From assembly GCA_004764695.1 (NCBI GenBank), contig SMSO01000014.1, positions 2,661,648-2,725,647 on the forward strand: DNA of 64,000 nt. The letters run 5' to 3'. Shown one piece after another: positions 21,904 to 33,200 of this stretch. This DNA comes from Schizochytrium sp. TIO01. Taxonomy: Eukaryota; Protista; Bigyra: Labyrinthulomycetes. Every line of letters begins with the position of its first letter. The first letter of the stretch is position 1. Both the position numbers and the translations under genes were made by a program. Below the pieces are notes generated by a model. It was not told where the DNA came from. It did no database searches and saw only the letters and a program-made list of their open reading frames with translations.

Positions 21904-24234
21904 TCAATTGTTTGCATCCAGAGACTCGATAATCGCTTGTACTGCAGAACCAAGGCTACAGGCCTTGTCAAGCGTAGCTGGGCTCAAAGTCATTAAATCG
22001 GAGGCTACGGCGACCTTGGGAATTTTCGTATCAACTGAATCAGTCTCGTCCGCTTGTGTAACAAGAGGAGGGATCTTCGGGTACCGCTGGCTAAAGTGTG
22101 TTAACACAGTATAATCCACGCCCATACGTTTACCGATGGAAATGGCTTCGCTCAAAGTTGAGTGCCGCTTAGCACGTGCTTGATCAACTTTTTCATCCTC
22201 GAAGGTTGCTTCATGAATAAGCATATGTGCACCCTTGCCGACCATTACCAATCGGTCACATGGCTGGGTATCTCCAGAGTAAACAAGCTTAGTTCCACTT
22301 GAAAGATTTACCACAACTCCATATGCATCATAACAATGATAAACCAGTACAGATGTGAGGGTGTTTACCGATGGAAGAATATAGGAGATATCGATTTCAT
22401 GGCCAGATGGTCTTCCCCCGAGTTTGTGATCCAAAGCAATAAATTCATACTCTGGCATTGGGCCCTTGAGCGCATAAAGTGACTTTTCCAAAAAGTCAGC
22501 TAAGTCGGACGGACCCACAACAAGCAACTTTGGAGATTTTGCGCGAGCGCGCCATGAGAGCACATTGAGGAGTCCTAAGTGGTGATCAGCGTGCATGTGA
22601 GTAATATAGACGCACTTCAAATCAGATTCCACAAGCTGGTGTGCACCCTTCTGGCCAAGAAGACGCGCGAGCTGGGCACACGTGCCTTCACCGGCATCCC
22701 AGAGCATCGATCCAGAATTTGTTCGGAGAAGAATCGAGCTCACATTGCGATATTTAGACGGAATTGCGCTTCCAGTCCCCAGAAATGTTAAATTCCAATC
22801 ATTCTCGTTTTTGGGCAACTGCACTTGCGGATTTAACACTAAAGGATCTACAGGTACTTTGACTGGATATGCAGTAGGTCTCGCCGTAAACGACTCCCCG
22901 TAGCCCCGACGAGACTCAGGATGGACAACACATGCAGAACCAACGACGCCAATCTTACATTTTTGTACAAGCTCGGCGGGGATTTCGTCAAGAGGAGAAC
23001 CTCCATTGTTAATGACTTCAGGCTCGAAACTAGAATAATCGATATTAAAGCAATCTTCATCAACTTTGCTTTGTAACTCAGATTGTATGTATGCACTTGA
23101 TCTGAACACGGGGCCATTTTGGGGGTCAACCCTTTCGCTAAACAAAATATGCTCGATGTTTGGTGCAGTAAATTTCTGCATCCACAGTTGATAATCCTTT
23201 GTGGAAAAAACCTCCGAGCTTGCAAAATGGATGACAAATCGACTCCCCGGGAGTGCGTAGAAGGCTTCAAATGCTGGTTCCATTTTCAGTGCTGGGATGA
23301 ATGATTCATCTGGGCATTCCACAATAAGAATGTGCTGTTCAGGTTCTGCCTGAGCCATGCAGTCCTCAGGCTTAATCACTCTTCCATCAGCAAGGGTAAT
23401 CGCTTCTCCTTTTGTGAGGCGCCCAAAGCTGGGGCCCTTGGGCACACCGAGCTCAATGGCCTTGGCAGGCAGAAATTTTCCACGTTTTGCTGGTGCCGAG
23501 AGGATATACGAGCAGCATACATCCTCCTGGTCAACGTGAGCAATATCTTCGTCGACTTCAGCTTCGTGGCCTTGGCGTGTAGAGCAAACCTTGAACTTTC
23601 CAAACTTGTACGGTACCGCAAAAGGTTTATTTTCTGTAGTCTTCGCTTCATCTTCGGCGCGAGCCTGACCATCCACGTCAGCGTTGTCGTTTTCTTCGGT
23701 TGCTTGTTCCTCAACCTTCCTTCGTTTCATTTCGGGCTCTTTGGTGTCTTCCTTAGTCTCGTCTTCACATGTTGCCAACGGGTGACGGCGAATTGCAACA
23801 GGGCGTACTTTCAGCCCGCTCTTCAGCTCAACCTCTGAGGCAGGGTTGGCAACCTCGTGAACTGTGATACATGACTTGTTGCGTTTATAGACGTGGTGAT
23901 GAGCATGCACAAGTTTACCGAGGCCTGTAGGACCATAAACGTTCATAAGAAATGTGGTGTCTGCTGCATCCATATTTTCGAGCCGCATCGACGAGACGCC
24001 TGCTAGTGTGAGCAGCATGCCACCAATGCCAAGAGTGGCATCACTGTGCAGCCTTGTGAGCAATATATTGTCCATGTTGGAGATTCGCATTCTGTTCTCT
24101 CCGCACATACGTTGACATCCTTCTGGCACATTCACCAGAACTCGTTCTTGGCCATGCGTCACAACAAGCGACGGCGCACGATGTCCATCCGCCAGGACGG
24201 TGCTCACGGCCTCCACATAGAACTCTGAAGACAT
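21904..24234 (-). CDS. ELAC2: Ribonuclease Z, long form (tRNase ZL, ELAC2/Trz1)
   Basis: FLGTGSAIPSKYRNVS, WDAGEGT, His motif THMHADHHLG, YSGDT, HEATF, HST, THFSQRYPK; exosite RGKF...LGVPKGP; NLS-like MKRRKV. First ATG at 24234. Confidence 0.96.
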   Translation of the reverse strand: MSSEFYVEAVSTVLADGHRAPSLVVTHGQERVLVNVPEGCQRMCGENRMRISNMDNILLTRLHSDATLGIGGMLLTLAGVSSMRLENMDAADTTFLMNVYGPTGLGKLVHAHHHVYKRNKSCITVHEVANPASEVELKSGLKVRPVAIRRHPLATCEDETKEDTKEPEMKRRKVEEQATEENDNADVDGQARAEDEAKTTENKPFAVPYKFGKFKVCSTRQGHEAEVDEDIAHVDQEDVCCSYILSAPAKRGKFLPAKAIELGVPKGPSFGRLTKGEAITLADGRVIKPEDCMAQAEPEQHILIVECPDESFIPALKMEPAFEAFYALPGSRFVIHFASSEVFSTKDYQLWMQKFTAPNIEHILFSERVDPQNGPVFRSSAYIQSELQSKVDEDCFNIDYSSFEPEVINNGGSPLDEIPAELVQKCKIGVVGSACVVHPESRRGYGESFTARPTAYPVKVPVDPLVLNPQVQLPKNENDWNLTFLGTGSAIPSKYRNVSSILLRTNSGSMLWDAGEGTCAQLARLLGQKGAHQLVESDLKCVYITHMHADHHLGLLNVLSWRARAKSPKLLVVGPSDLADFLEKSLYALKGPMPEYEFIALDHKLGGRPSGHEIDISYILPSVNTLTSVLVYHCYDAYGVVVNLSSGTKLVYSGDTQPCDRLVMVGKGAHMLIHEATFEDEKVDQARAKRHSTLSEAISIGKRMGVDYTVLTHFSQRYPKIPPLVTQADETDSVDTKIPKVAVASDLMTLSPATLDKACSLGSAVQAIIESLDANN

Positions 24235-24952
24235 CGTCAGAAGAACGCCCCTAGATGCTAGGACACCCCAGCGAGCTCCACACAAGACAATTTTACACAC
24301 AGGTATCAATCAGCTCTGCAGACAACTAATTGGTTTGAACTTTTCCCCTGCGATTGAAGGTTCGAGCTGATCACTTGGTTGGACTTCCGCCATTCACTCC
24401 TATCAATTCCTTTATGGAAAACAATTGCCTAAAAATAAAGAGAAAATATGTACTTTGGAAATTCGTACCAACCATAACTTTTATAACCACGCTTCCATAA
24501 ATAACACAAAACCTTTTGTCCTCTGCGAAGCTATGTCAAGGACTCAAGTATATCATGATCTGCGCATCATTGGCGAGAAATCTGTGAATATCCTTCGATG
24601 CTGCAATTCAAGAAAGGTTTGGTTTTAAAATCCATTCTTCATTCGAATGAAGTTATGCATGTTTCTTCGTTTGTAATAATAAAAACTGTACTACGTATGA
24701 TTATTAACTGCCCCCCAAAGAAAATAAAATAAAATAAAAATGACAATAACTCACTCTACCATTGTAATAATAAGATAACTTAGTAAATCAGTTCACAATC
24801 GTTATGGCAGCTAAGTACCTAGGTATTCGAAAGCTGAGCAGGAATCTACAGAAGCTTTGCCTCGAAGCGATTGTCATTCTCTATTGCTAGGAGGGCTTCC
24901 ACTGGCCCTGGGAAGACGTTGACGAAGTAAAGGTCAGCATTTGACAATATCG

Positions 24953-26603
24953 ATGCTTGCTGGTCCAGCGGCGCAAGCTGGAGCGCCGCTCTCGATCGTT
25001 CTGGACGCTGCAAACCTTTGTTGGGCCTTCGTCAAAGCGCAGCCAGGATGGACTCACGTCAACTCTGGTGGCGGAATCGTAAGTGCGGATAATTACGCGA
25101 GTCTTGTGCAAATACAATGCAATTAGGATTTCTATTCATTGGGTTGGGCAAGAAGGTCACTGACGAGATCGCTTTTTATTTCTGCGGTTTGCAATGGCTT
25201 CAACGAATGGCTAACTTCTGCATGATGCCATAAGTGCGACTAAATGCATGCGACAATACTCAATTTAACCATATGTGAAATCATCAATACAAATTGTTGC
25301 TCCACTACTCACAACTCATCACAACCTACTGCACGAAATGACATGTTCAAAATACGAAATGGTATATGTCATTCCAAATTTGCTGTCGCACTTTTGGACT
25401 GCTTTGTGGGGGGGTCATGTGTATACAAATATATGTAATCTGCATGCAGAGACCTCCAGTGTCTGGTATGATTCTTTGTATTGAGTTTTTTAGGAGCTAT
25501 GGAGTAACACCTGTTGCAATATGTCCTACTTGGTGGCTCCGAACAAAGGATCAGGGAATATGGGGCAGCACCGCCTGGGAGGAGCAGGATTTTAGGAGGC
25601 TTATGGCCCTACAAGAGGTAAGTTGAACCCATACCATAAGAGTGCAGTCTTTTGGCAAACTTATGAAGAGTAATCACACACTTACATCCGAATGCATGCT
25701 TTGTTTATTATTTGCTCTGAGTAGGAGGGACTACTGTTCGCATCTCCTTCTGGAGAACATGATGACCTATATATTCTTGATTACTGCTACCGTACAGACG
25801 GATTCCTTGTCTCAAATGATAAATATCGAGATCACCGTCGCGAACGAAACCTCGACCCTGACTGGATTGATGCGCGTCGCATTGGCTTTATGTTTGTGAG
25901 AGATACGTTTCTGCCAAACCCAGATCATATTATCCGCTTGGAGGAGTTTGTGCGTCAGACAGGCAAGGTTGTAGGATTCAGTACCTCTTCCCAACGTCAT
26001 TATGATCTTCTTCCACCTCCACCTCCAACAACAGATTTAGCAGCAATGAGAAGCGAATTTCGAACACAACAACAGCAGCAACACCAGCAGCAACACATGA
26101 TGCATTCTGCATCGGAGGACACGGTAATGGCTGGTTCAACTTTGTCTCAATTTGCGGGGCCCGTATCAACTCATAATAACTACGCGAATGTAGGGTCTTC
26201 GGGAGAGCCTTGTGATATGGTTGACTTTCCAAAGCCCGGCCTCGGTTTTTTAATTGGGAAGAAAGGGGCACGTATCCATGAAATCCGAGAAGAATCTGGT
26301 GCATCTGTTGAAATCCAAGATGCAGTGACAGATGCTTCTGGGAATATTCGTGTAGTCATTAAAGGAAGTGATGAAGCTCGCGACCGGGCTCGCCAGGCTG
26401 TCTTGGAAATGCGAGATGTTGCATATCGAAAGTTGGGCATGGGAGGAAGTCGTACCCCTCCTCCCACAAATTCCTTTGTTACAGGTTCATCATCCGAAAT
26501 GGATTCCGCCAACACAATTCGTCTCGCAAAGTCAGACCCCGTGGGTATGGGTTATAACAATGTGGGAGGGTTTGTTGAAGGTGCAAACTCAGATTTGCAA
26601 TGT

Positions 26604-26639
<36 letters not shown>

Positions 26640-26687
26640 GATTATCATATGATGGATGACCATCATGATATTGATGACGATTTGTAG
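24953..26687 (+). CDS. Regnase/Zc3h12a-type NYN (PIN-like) ribonuclease with C-terminal KH domain, 3 exons (~418 aa)
   Basis: Exons 24953-25078, 25450-25617 and 25725-26687; both introns are GTAAGT...YAG, phase 0. Spliced product has IVLDAAN, HDDLYILD and LVSNDKYRD (four catalytic Asp), WIDARRIGFMFVRDTFLP, then KH GFLIGKKGARIHEIREESGASVEI and a poly-Q tail. Confidence 0.88.
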
Positions 26688-26882
26688 TAATGAATGTAGT
26701 TCACATTGGTGCTAAGGCACTGGTATTCTGCACATCTGGCAGAGCATGTTTTTTTAAAGAAATTAAATCATAATACCTTCTATTCCATAATCTGTGACCG
26801 ATAAGCAAGAATGAAAGACTTGGGACGCGTATAGGAAAGGGTATGAACAAACATATATAAATTGTGGTTACTGGCCTATGCT

Positions 26883-28109
26883 TTAGAAAAGAGTATTGTT
26901 CGAGTCGAACTGAACAGGCTTAGACATGATAGCAACAGCGGAAGAGCTGAAAATACCTCCATTTCCATAAACGAGAGCGCGTCTACAATCGGGAATCTGC
27001 TGACCAGCTGCACCATTAGTTAGCTGACGAATTGACTCAATTACAGCAAAGATAGCAGGGGCTTCCCATGGTGCACCAAAAGAGAGCAAGCCACCATGTG
27101 TATTCACAGGAAGTACATAGTTTTCATCTTGAAGAATGCGATCATATTGCTCATCAATCCACTTTCCACCTTCGCCCTTGTTGCAGAGTCCGACAGCTTC
27201 AATAGCACGCAAGAAGCAGATTGGGAAGCAATCGTAGAGGCCAAAAAAGTCGATCTCATCAGGCCGCACTTGAGCTTCCACGTATGCAGATTGAGCGGCT
27301 TGCTCACAGCTAAACATTGTCTCATCAATAACAGTTGGGGGTGACAACGGGCCAGAAGCTTCGCCACCAGAAAGAATTACAGCATCACCACGCCCATGGT
27401 TTCCTTTGTTGAGAAGACCACGCTTTTCAAGAAAGCGAGATGAAGCTACAATTACGGCGCCAGCTCCATCCATACGCCTTGCACACTCCAAAAGGTTGAG
27501 TTGCGGGGTGATTTGAGGAGAGTCGAGCACCTCCTGAAGGCTATATCTGCGTCGCGTGATTGCTTTAGGGTGCTTAGAGGCCTGGTGAGACATGAGACAC
27601 GCAACCTTTGCGAATTGCTCACGGGTAACACCATAGGTCTTTGCATGCCAGTCTGTAATGAGACCGTAACCGTGCGGAATCGAAGGCGAAGGTAAGCGCT
27701 CCGAGCCGATTCCGGCGTCAGCACGTCGCAGAAATTCCTCAGTTGAGAGAGAATGCACAGAATCTCCAGCAACAACTGCCACAGCTTGGCAGTTCTCGGC
27801 TTCGATCATGCGACGGCCTTCAAGAAGAGCTGTCACGGGGCCTGCGCCACCTGTGTCAATGGTTCTAGTGAGGAAATTTTTGCGGGGCAGAAGTCCAACT
27901 TTCGTGGCAAGGTAGTGAGCTTCCATCAGATGAGGATCGCTGAGACTGGGAACAGCAATGAGACCATCAAGGTCATTAAGCTCCAGACGAGCTGAGGATA
28001 AAGCTCCTTGCAGAGCTTCCGCCATGAGCGAGCTGGCAGACCTACCGAGCTTGCCAAGCTTCGTCGAACCGCATCCCACCACGCGTACTGTCTGAGCCAA
28101 ACGCGGCAT
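26883..28109 (-). CDS. Thiolase-fold protein of the SCP2-thiolase/Ltp2 type lacking the nucleophilic Cys
   Basis: Thiolase motifs LLECARRMDGAGAVIV, LYDCF, VNTHGGLLS and ALVYGNGG; DTGGAG occupies the position of the CAS/CSS nucleophile loop. Confidence 0.88.
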   Translation of the reverse strand: MPRLAQTVRVVGCGSTKLGKLGRSASSLMAEALQGALSSARLELNDLDGLIAVPSLSDPHLMEAHYLATKVGLLPRKNFLTRTIDTGGAGPVTALLEGRRMIEAENCQAVAVVAGDSVHSLSTEEFLRRADAGIGSERLPSPSIPHGYGLITDWHAKTYGVTREQFAKVACLMSHQASKHPKAITRRRYSLQEVLDSPQITPQLNLLECARRMDGAGAVIVASSRFLEKRGLLNKGNHGRGDAVILSGGEASGPLSPPTVIDETMFSCEQAAQSAYVEAQVRPDEIDFFGLYDCFPICFLRAIEAVGLCNKGEGGKWIDEQYDRILQDENYVLPVNTHGGLLSFGAPWEAPAIFAVIESIRQLTNGAAGQQIPDCRRALVYGNGGIFSSSAVAIMSKPVQFDSNNTLF

Positions 28110-28771
28110 CTTGGCACGTCAACTGTTGAAGGTCTTTCCTACAGGAGTCAAGAGGCTCAAAGTGGTTATGCACGCCAAAATGCACGCAGTATTCCGTCCG
28201 ACGTGTCTGATTTGGGTCTCAATTGTTGTGACCCTCACTGACGAAAGAATTCAATGTAGGTAATTGCTGTTTTTGTGGATCTAGAGGGAACTTCTGCATT
28301 CACGGAGGGACCCTAGAGTTACTACGTAAAATGATAGCTTCATTGCAGTTCCTCTGTGTGGCATTCCAGCAGCACCGGAGCACCTCTGGAGATCAGTGCC
28401 AATAGGGCCTTTGAGCAGCTAGTTCCTAGCGAAGCAATCGTCAGGCTTGGATGATCACATGGCGAGTTCAATAATTTGTGACAGTGGATCTTGACTATGG
28501 TAGAAAAGAAAAATTTGGGGCGAAATAGTGGGACCCCTTAGTGACGAGAAACAGAGTATGCCAATTATGTAACGGGTTTCTTTCGTTATAATTAGCAGGC
28601 AACGAAGAACTGTGCGAAAGGCAAAAGCTGAGGACTGCCTTGGGATAGGCAACCAAAAAACGGGATTAATACTACCAGAGGTTGTTGGACGTGAGCTTCA
28701 GACTCAGGCAGGGTTTGGAGCAGGTTGACAAACATCCAGGGTTCATGGACTAAGCAGCAGAACATCTAGAC

Positions 28772-30277
28772 ATGGCCAAGAAATCGCCAACCAAGGCAAA
28801 GTCGCCAGCCAAGGCTGGCTCAAACTCACCAACTAAGAAGTCACCAACAGCAAAATCCGTAAAGACTGCGAGATCAGAGCTGGCGAAATCGCCAACAACC
28901 AAGACAGGGAAAACTGACAAGACAGACCTTGTTAAGTCGCCTACGTCCAAGACTAATGTGACCAAGCCTTCTTCAGCAAAATCAAAGACGAAGCCATTAT
29001 CAGCCAAGTCAAAGTCTAAAGCTTCGCCAGGCAAATCAAAAGGCAATGGGCGGCCTAAATCTAGCAAATCTAAGTCTAACAAGGCCGATCGAGAAAATGA
29101 GGAAAATGATGAAGAGAACAAGAATGATCTTGAGGATGAGGAGTCTAAGACGATCAGCAAAGAGGTAGAGATTCGAGCTGTTTTTGATCTGATCGATGAA
29201 GACAACTCGGGCGAACTTTCGATGCAGGAAATTCGGAAAGCTTTGCGTCGAGATCGCAAAGTAATTAAATTTATTAAGAAAACGCCTTCACTGAGACCTC
29301 TTCTTGAACCTCGTTTTTTTCATGATGCAATAAAGCAAATGGATCTCGATAGTGACGGAAGCATCTCGTTTGCAGAATTCTATACTTTCTGTCTGGCTGT
29401 AGGTCAGCGTCAGACCTTAGACGAGCAGTCAATTGAGCTATTTGCAATCATGCAAGAAGAAAGAAAGGAAAGTGAACCATTGTATTATGACAATTTACCT
29501 TACGCGTTGTATACATGTGATAAAACTTTGTCATATCTTCGTGAAAAGGAAAATCTTTGGCTTGATGAATTAGAACAAGGGGTGCTGCCTTCAAAGTCTC
29601 AATTCCCTATCGCTGTCATGCTGAAACCCCTGACAGTGTATCGGGGGGTTCACGAGTACCGTAAAAACAACGAGGTGGAGGGAGTTGTACGAAGCCCGGC
29701 AGTATCAGAGCTTGACTTTCGGTGCATTGCATCATCAGTCTTGCACATGAGGATTGGGGAATTTTCTTCCCAGGCACCCCAAGAGGAATTGGAGGCAATC
29801 CGTCGTCGCAACCTTCCACATGCTGAAACCTTTTCCGAGATGGCCCACGTCACAGCAAATAAGCAAGATGCAATTACTTATCTTGAACAGAGCATCAATT
29901 TGTTGCCAGAGGATAAGGTTTATCGAGTGGCGCTAGCAGAGCGACTCTTGCACAAATACGATTTTCCAGGTTGTGCTCAGCATGCAGAAATTGCGTTGCA
30001 GGTCACCGAACGATTTTGGCCTCATGCATTAGAGCTTTTTGTTATCGCTCGTCAAGCACAGGAAAATTTGGTGCGTATTCAAGCAGAGAATGCCGCAGCC
30101 CGTGCCGCAGCTGAAGCAAACGCTCGTCAAAATTCTGCTAAATCATCACGGCCAGGTACTGGGCAGGGTGGTAATCCTCGTGATGACGAAGAAGATGAAG
30201 ATGATTCTGAAGACGAAGATGAGGATGAGGATGTTGACGAAGACGAGGACGAAGACGACGAAAGTGATGACGAGTAA
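28772..30277 (+). CDS. EF-hand protein with Lys/Ser-rich SP-repeat N-terminus, TPR-like helices and acidic tail
   Basis: Canonical EF loops DEDNSGELSMQE and DLDSDGSISFAE; AITYLEQSINLLPED is TPR-like; D/E-rich C-terminus. Confidence 0.85.
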   Translation: MAKKSPTKAKSPAKAGSNSPTKKSPTAKSVKTARSELAKSPTTKTGKTDKTDLVKSPTSKTNVTKPSSAKSKTKPLSAKSKSKASPGKSKGNGRPKSSKSKSNKADRENEENDEENKNDLEDEESKTISKEVEIRAVFDLIDEDNSGELSMQEIRKALRRDRKVIKFIKKTPSLRPLLEPRFFHDAIKQMDLDSDGSISFAEFYTFCLAVGQRQTLDEQSIELFAIMQEERKESEPLYYDNLPYALYTCDKTLSYLREKENLWLDELEQGVLPSKSQFPIAVMLKPLTVYRGVHEYRKNNEVEGVVRSPAVSELDFRCIASSVLHMRIGEFSSQAPQEELEAIRRRNLPHAETFSEMAHVTANKQDAITYLEQSINLLPEDKVYRVALAERLLHKYDFPGCAQHAEIALQVTERFWPHALELFVIARQAQENLVRIQAENAAARAAAEANARQNSAKSSRPGTGQGGNPRDDEEDEDDSEDEDEDEDVDEDEDEDDESDDE

Positions 30278-33200
30278 GCTACCAAATATACTTACTCTTC
30301 ACCTTTTGTTAAGAGTTTATGTAGCGATACATCATGGTCTTGACGTTTTTAGGCAACGGCTCAATGGACAAATGCTTGCGTCCTCCCATGGGATTTTATA
30401 AATTGTGCAAGATGTGTGGTTGCGTGTGCATTGCCTTCCTACTTTCATGTAATTTTACTAGTTTTTGTTTAATTCTTTAATTTGGCTAGATACTTTGCCT
30501 CTTCTAATATAAATACTGTTTTCAAATAATGAGACGCTGTTGATAATTGTCAAACGTTCTTGCGCACCAGATGCACACGTTGGATTTTTCCGGGACCACC
30601 ATTTTCCCATAACGCTGAACGCGTACTTCTCCTCGCCACTATTTCGCTTTGAAGTAGACATTGACTTTGTTGCTTAAGAGGTTGGTTGGCGGCACCCTTG
30701 GGCTAAGGATCTCTTTATCTATCAATTCAAGGTATCAACTATAAATATGGTGTGAACTATCGTATCATTTGGCGGTTCTTGAAGCCCATGTTCCGGAGCG
30801 TATCTGCCTAGCACTCACCTACTAGGCTATCTCTTTATTAAAACTATTAATTCTTTTACTCAAGGTATTACAGCACCTATCTACGATCAGGTCACGTCAG
30901 GTTTAGCACTTTTGCGCACCTGAACGGAAGCGTGTCATGCGCAAGGTCTTGTGATGACAGGGTCAATTGCAAGAACTTGTGCAGGTACACAAAAAATTCT
31001 TGGACGCTTAGAACCCATTCAGAGCTCTTCAGAGTAATGAATAAAACCTGTTTAGCTGGCCGCGCTTTGGGGCTGCTAAGAACTCAGAACTATTCGCTTT
31101 GTTTATCACATATCTTCCTAGCAGGCCAGAAAAACGTTGGTTCCGACTGCTTTGGGTTTGGATTAATCATCATAACATATTTGCTGTTAGTTGATTGGAG
31201 CCCGTCGACACGGTGAGGAACTATAACCTATCGAAGGGTTTTCTGAATGGACATTGAATCGTAGCGAACATGATGGCCAACTCCTGGTGGAAAGTTGGCC
31301 ACGTACTGAGTTGCTGCGTTTGACAGAAATGCACTTTTAGTCAAATTGTAGAACAAAAAGTTTTAAGTATAAGTACTATTTTCTGCAAAACGAAGTTTTG
31401 TAAATAAGTCATTTTTGTCTTTATCTTGCTTGACAGCTGCTAGAAATGGCATAACTAAGAATGTGCTTATTTCTACTTGACTTTGGGAAAGTTGACGTTC
31501 TCTTTTCCTTTAGAAATGTCAAGAAACAAAATAATTAAACATTAATCGCGTAGGGTACATTTTTTTCTTCAACAAATGTATTAAAAACCAGTAGTAATTG
31601 TTTGGGCTTAGCTTATTACCTTTGTGTTGAAAACTATCGGTAGAACCTTGAAACCCAGAGAGAATACACCATAAATCAGTAGGTACCAGGTATTACCAGC
31701 TTCACTTTGCTTACTGAGGCCTGCACCGTATGAGTAAGTCGCGTGCTGCCACGCTTGTGGTGGGAAAGAGTAGTACCTAGAACCAGTTTCCAACAAAAGA
31801 AACAACCCATCTTGAAAGACAGAACAACGACTAGAATTACTCTATTACGCTACTGCCTGCTAGTATTAAATATGATGATTTTTAATATGGTTATTTCAAG
31901 TTATAAGGTGATAGCTATTGTAGTGCTAAGTTTATATTTATTTCTCGTGATTTTTTTTCAATTTTTTTTTAACTTTAAGCTTTTGAACTAAAGATTATAC
32001 AGAAAGACGTTTCATTCTCCATCAAATACGCCTATATACATTTTTTATTTAATGTCAGAAATTGATGTAATATTCATTATTGTTTACTGGTGTTTAAAAT
32101 TACATTGCGTCTTCTCAGCTTCTGAACCTGTACCTACCCTAGTATCCGATTTAAGAGTAAGTTTTCTTTTGCTTGTACCAGTTGATTCTTCGAAGATCCA
32201 CAACTGTTCTGCTCGCAAACGTTCTGATCTTCATCAGTCGATCGAAAAGCATAATTAATATTCCAGGAGGAGACCGAAGAGCCAAGAAAACACGCACGTA
32301 AAACCACGACATTCACTCAGTTTAACGCATATCGCAATATCAAAAGTATAAGATTGGGAGTTGACGTAGAAAAAAAAGCATAACCTGAATATATTAACTG
32401 TGACTATCTTGCCAAAGTTACACCTATGCTGAAGCCCTTTACCCTCCAAGAATTATAGATTGCCTAGCTCCACACAAAGCGCCTGACAGCGAATTACTTT
32501 TTTTAAATTTTTTTATTTTTTTTTTTAAATTTAAATGTACCTTCGTACATAGTAATTGTTTTCTGTATTTAAAAAATGTTAGAGAAAGAAGTGATACTGG
32601 CGGGCGAGCAAAGTTATTTCGCAGATCTATACAACTTCACTCTCTTCTCCAACAGCAAGAAAACCAAGTTGAACTTTGACAACATCCTGAACAAAACCTA
32701 GGGCTGCTAGAGGTTTCGTTTCCTCTATCATCAGGGCCAAATACTAAAAGGAAACTCGAAGGGAGTGAGCTTGAGGAGGCGCTCTGAATTGGGGCTGCTT
32801 GAAGGGGGGTCAGTTAGTCTAGATATGGGTGTGGTTATGAAGGAAGGCCCAGGCCTCTACTGGGGCTTTAGTCCAATACGAAGGCCACGCTTGTCTTCAA
32901 ATTTCAAGTCGATAATTGACCATCGGTCAACAGAAGGTGATACAAGTAATGAATTAATCCAGGTCACTCCATCAAATTCCTAATCAAATCAATTTTGGAC
33001 GATTTACCAAAGTTCGTGAGCAACAACGGCCAAGAAACGTGATTCTGCTTTTCTTGTTCCATAGCACACCTCGGAGTCCTTCAAAATAATTCACTTTTGC
33101 CTCCACAAAAGCTGTGACAGCGTTTTGTTGCATTTCATATAGTTCGCATCTCGTTGTAGTGCTTTCACCAACTGTTAAAATAAATACGCTCAAAAAAGAG

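Noticed and set aside
28080-28109. PTS2 signal at the thiolase-like N-terminus (RLAQTVRVV)
   Set aside because: Lacks the required H/Q-L/A ending of the RLx5HL consensus.
31270-31310. SECIS element
   Set aside because: Helix too short, no AA at the 5' side of the loop, asymmetric core, and no in-frame-TGA selenoprotein ORF identified upstream.
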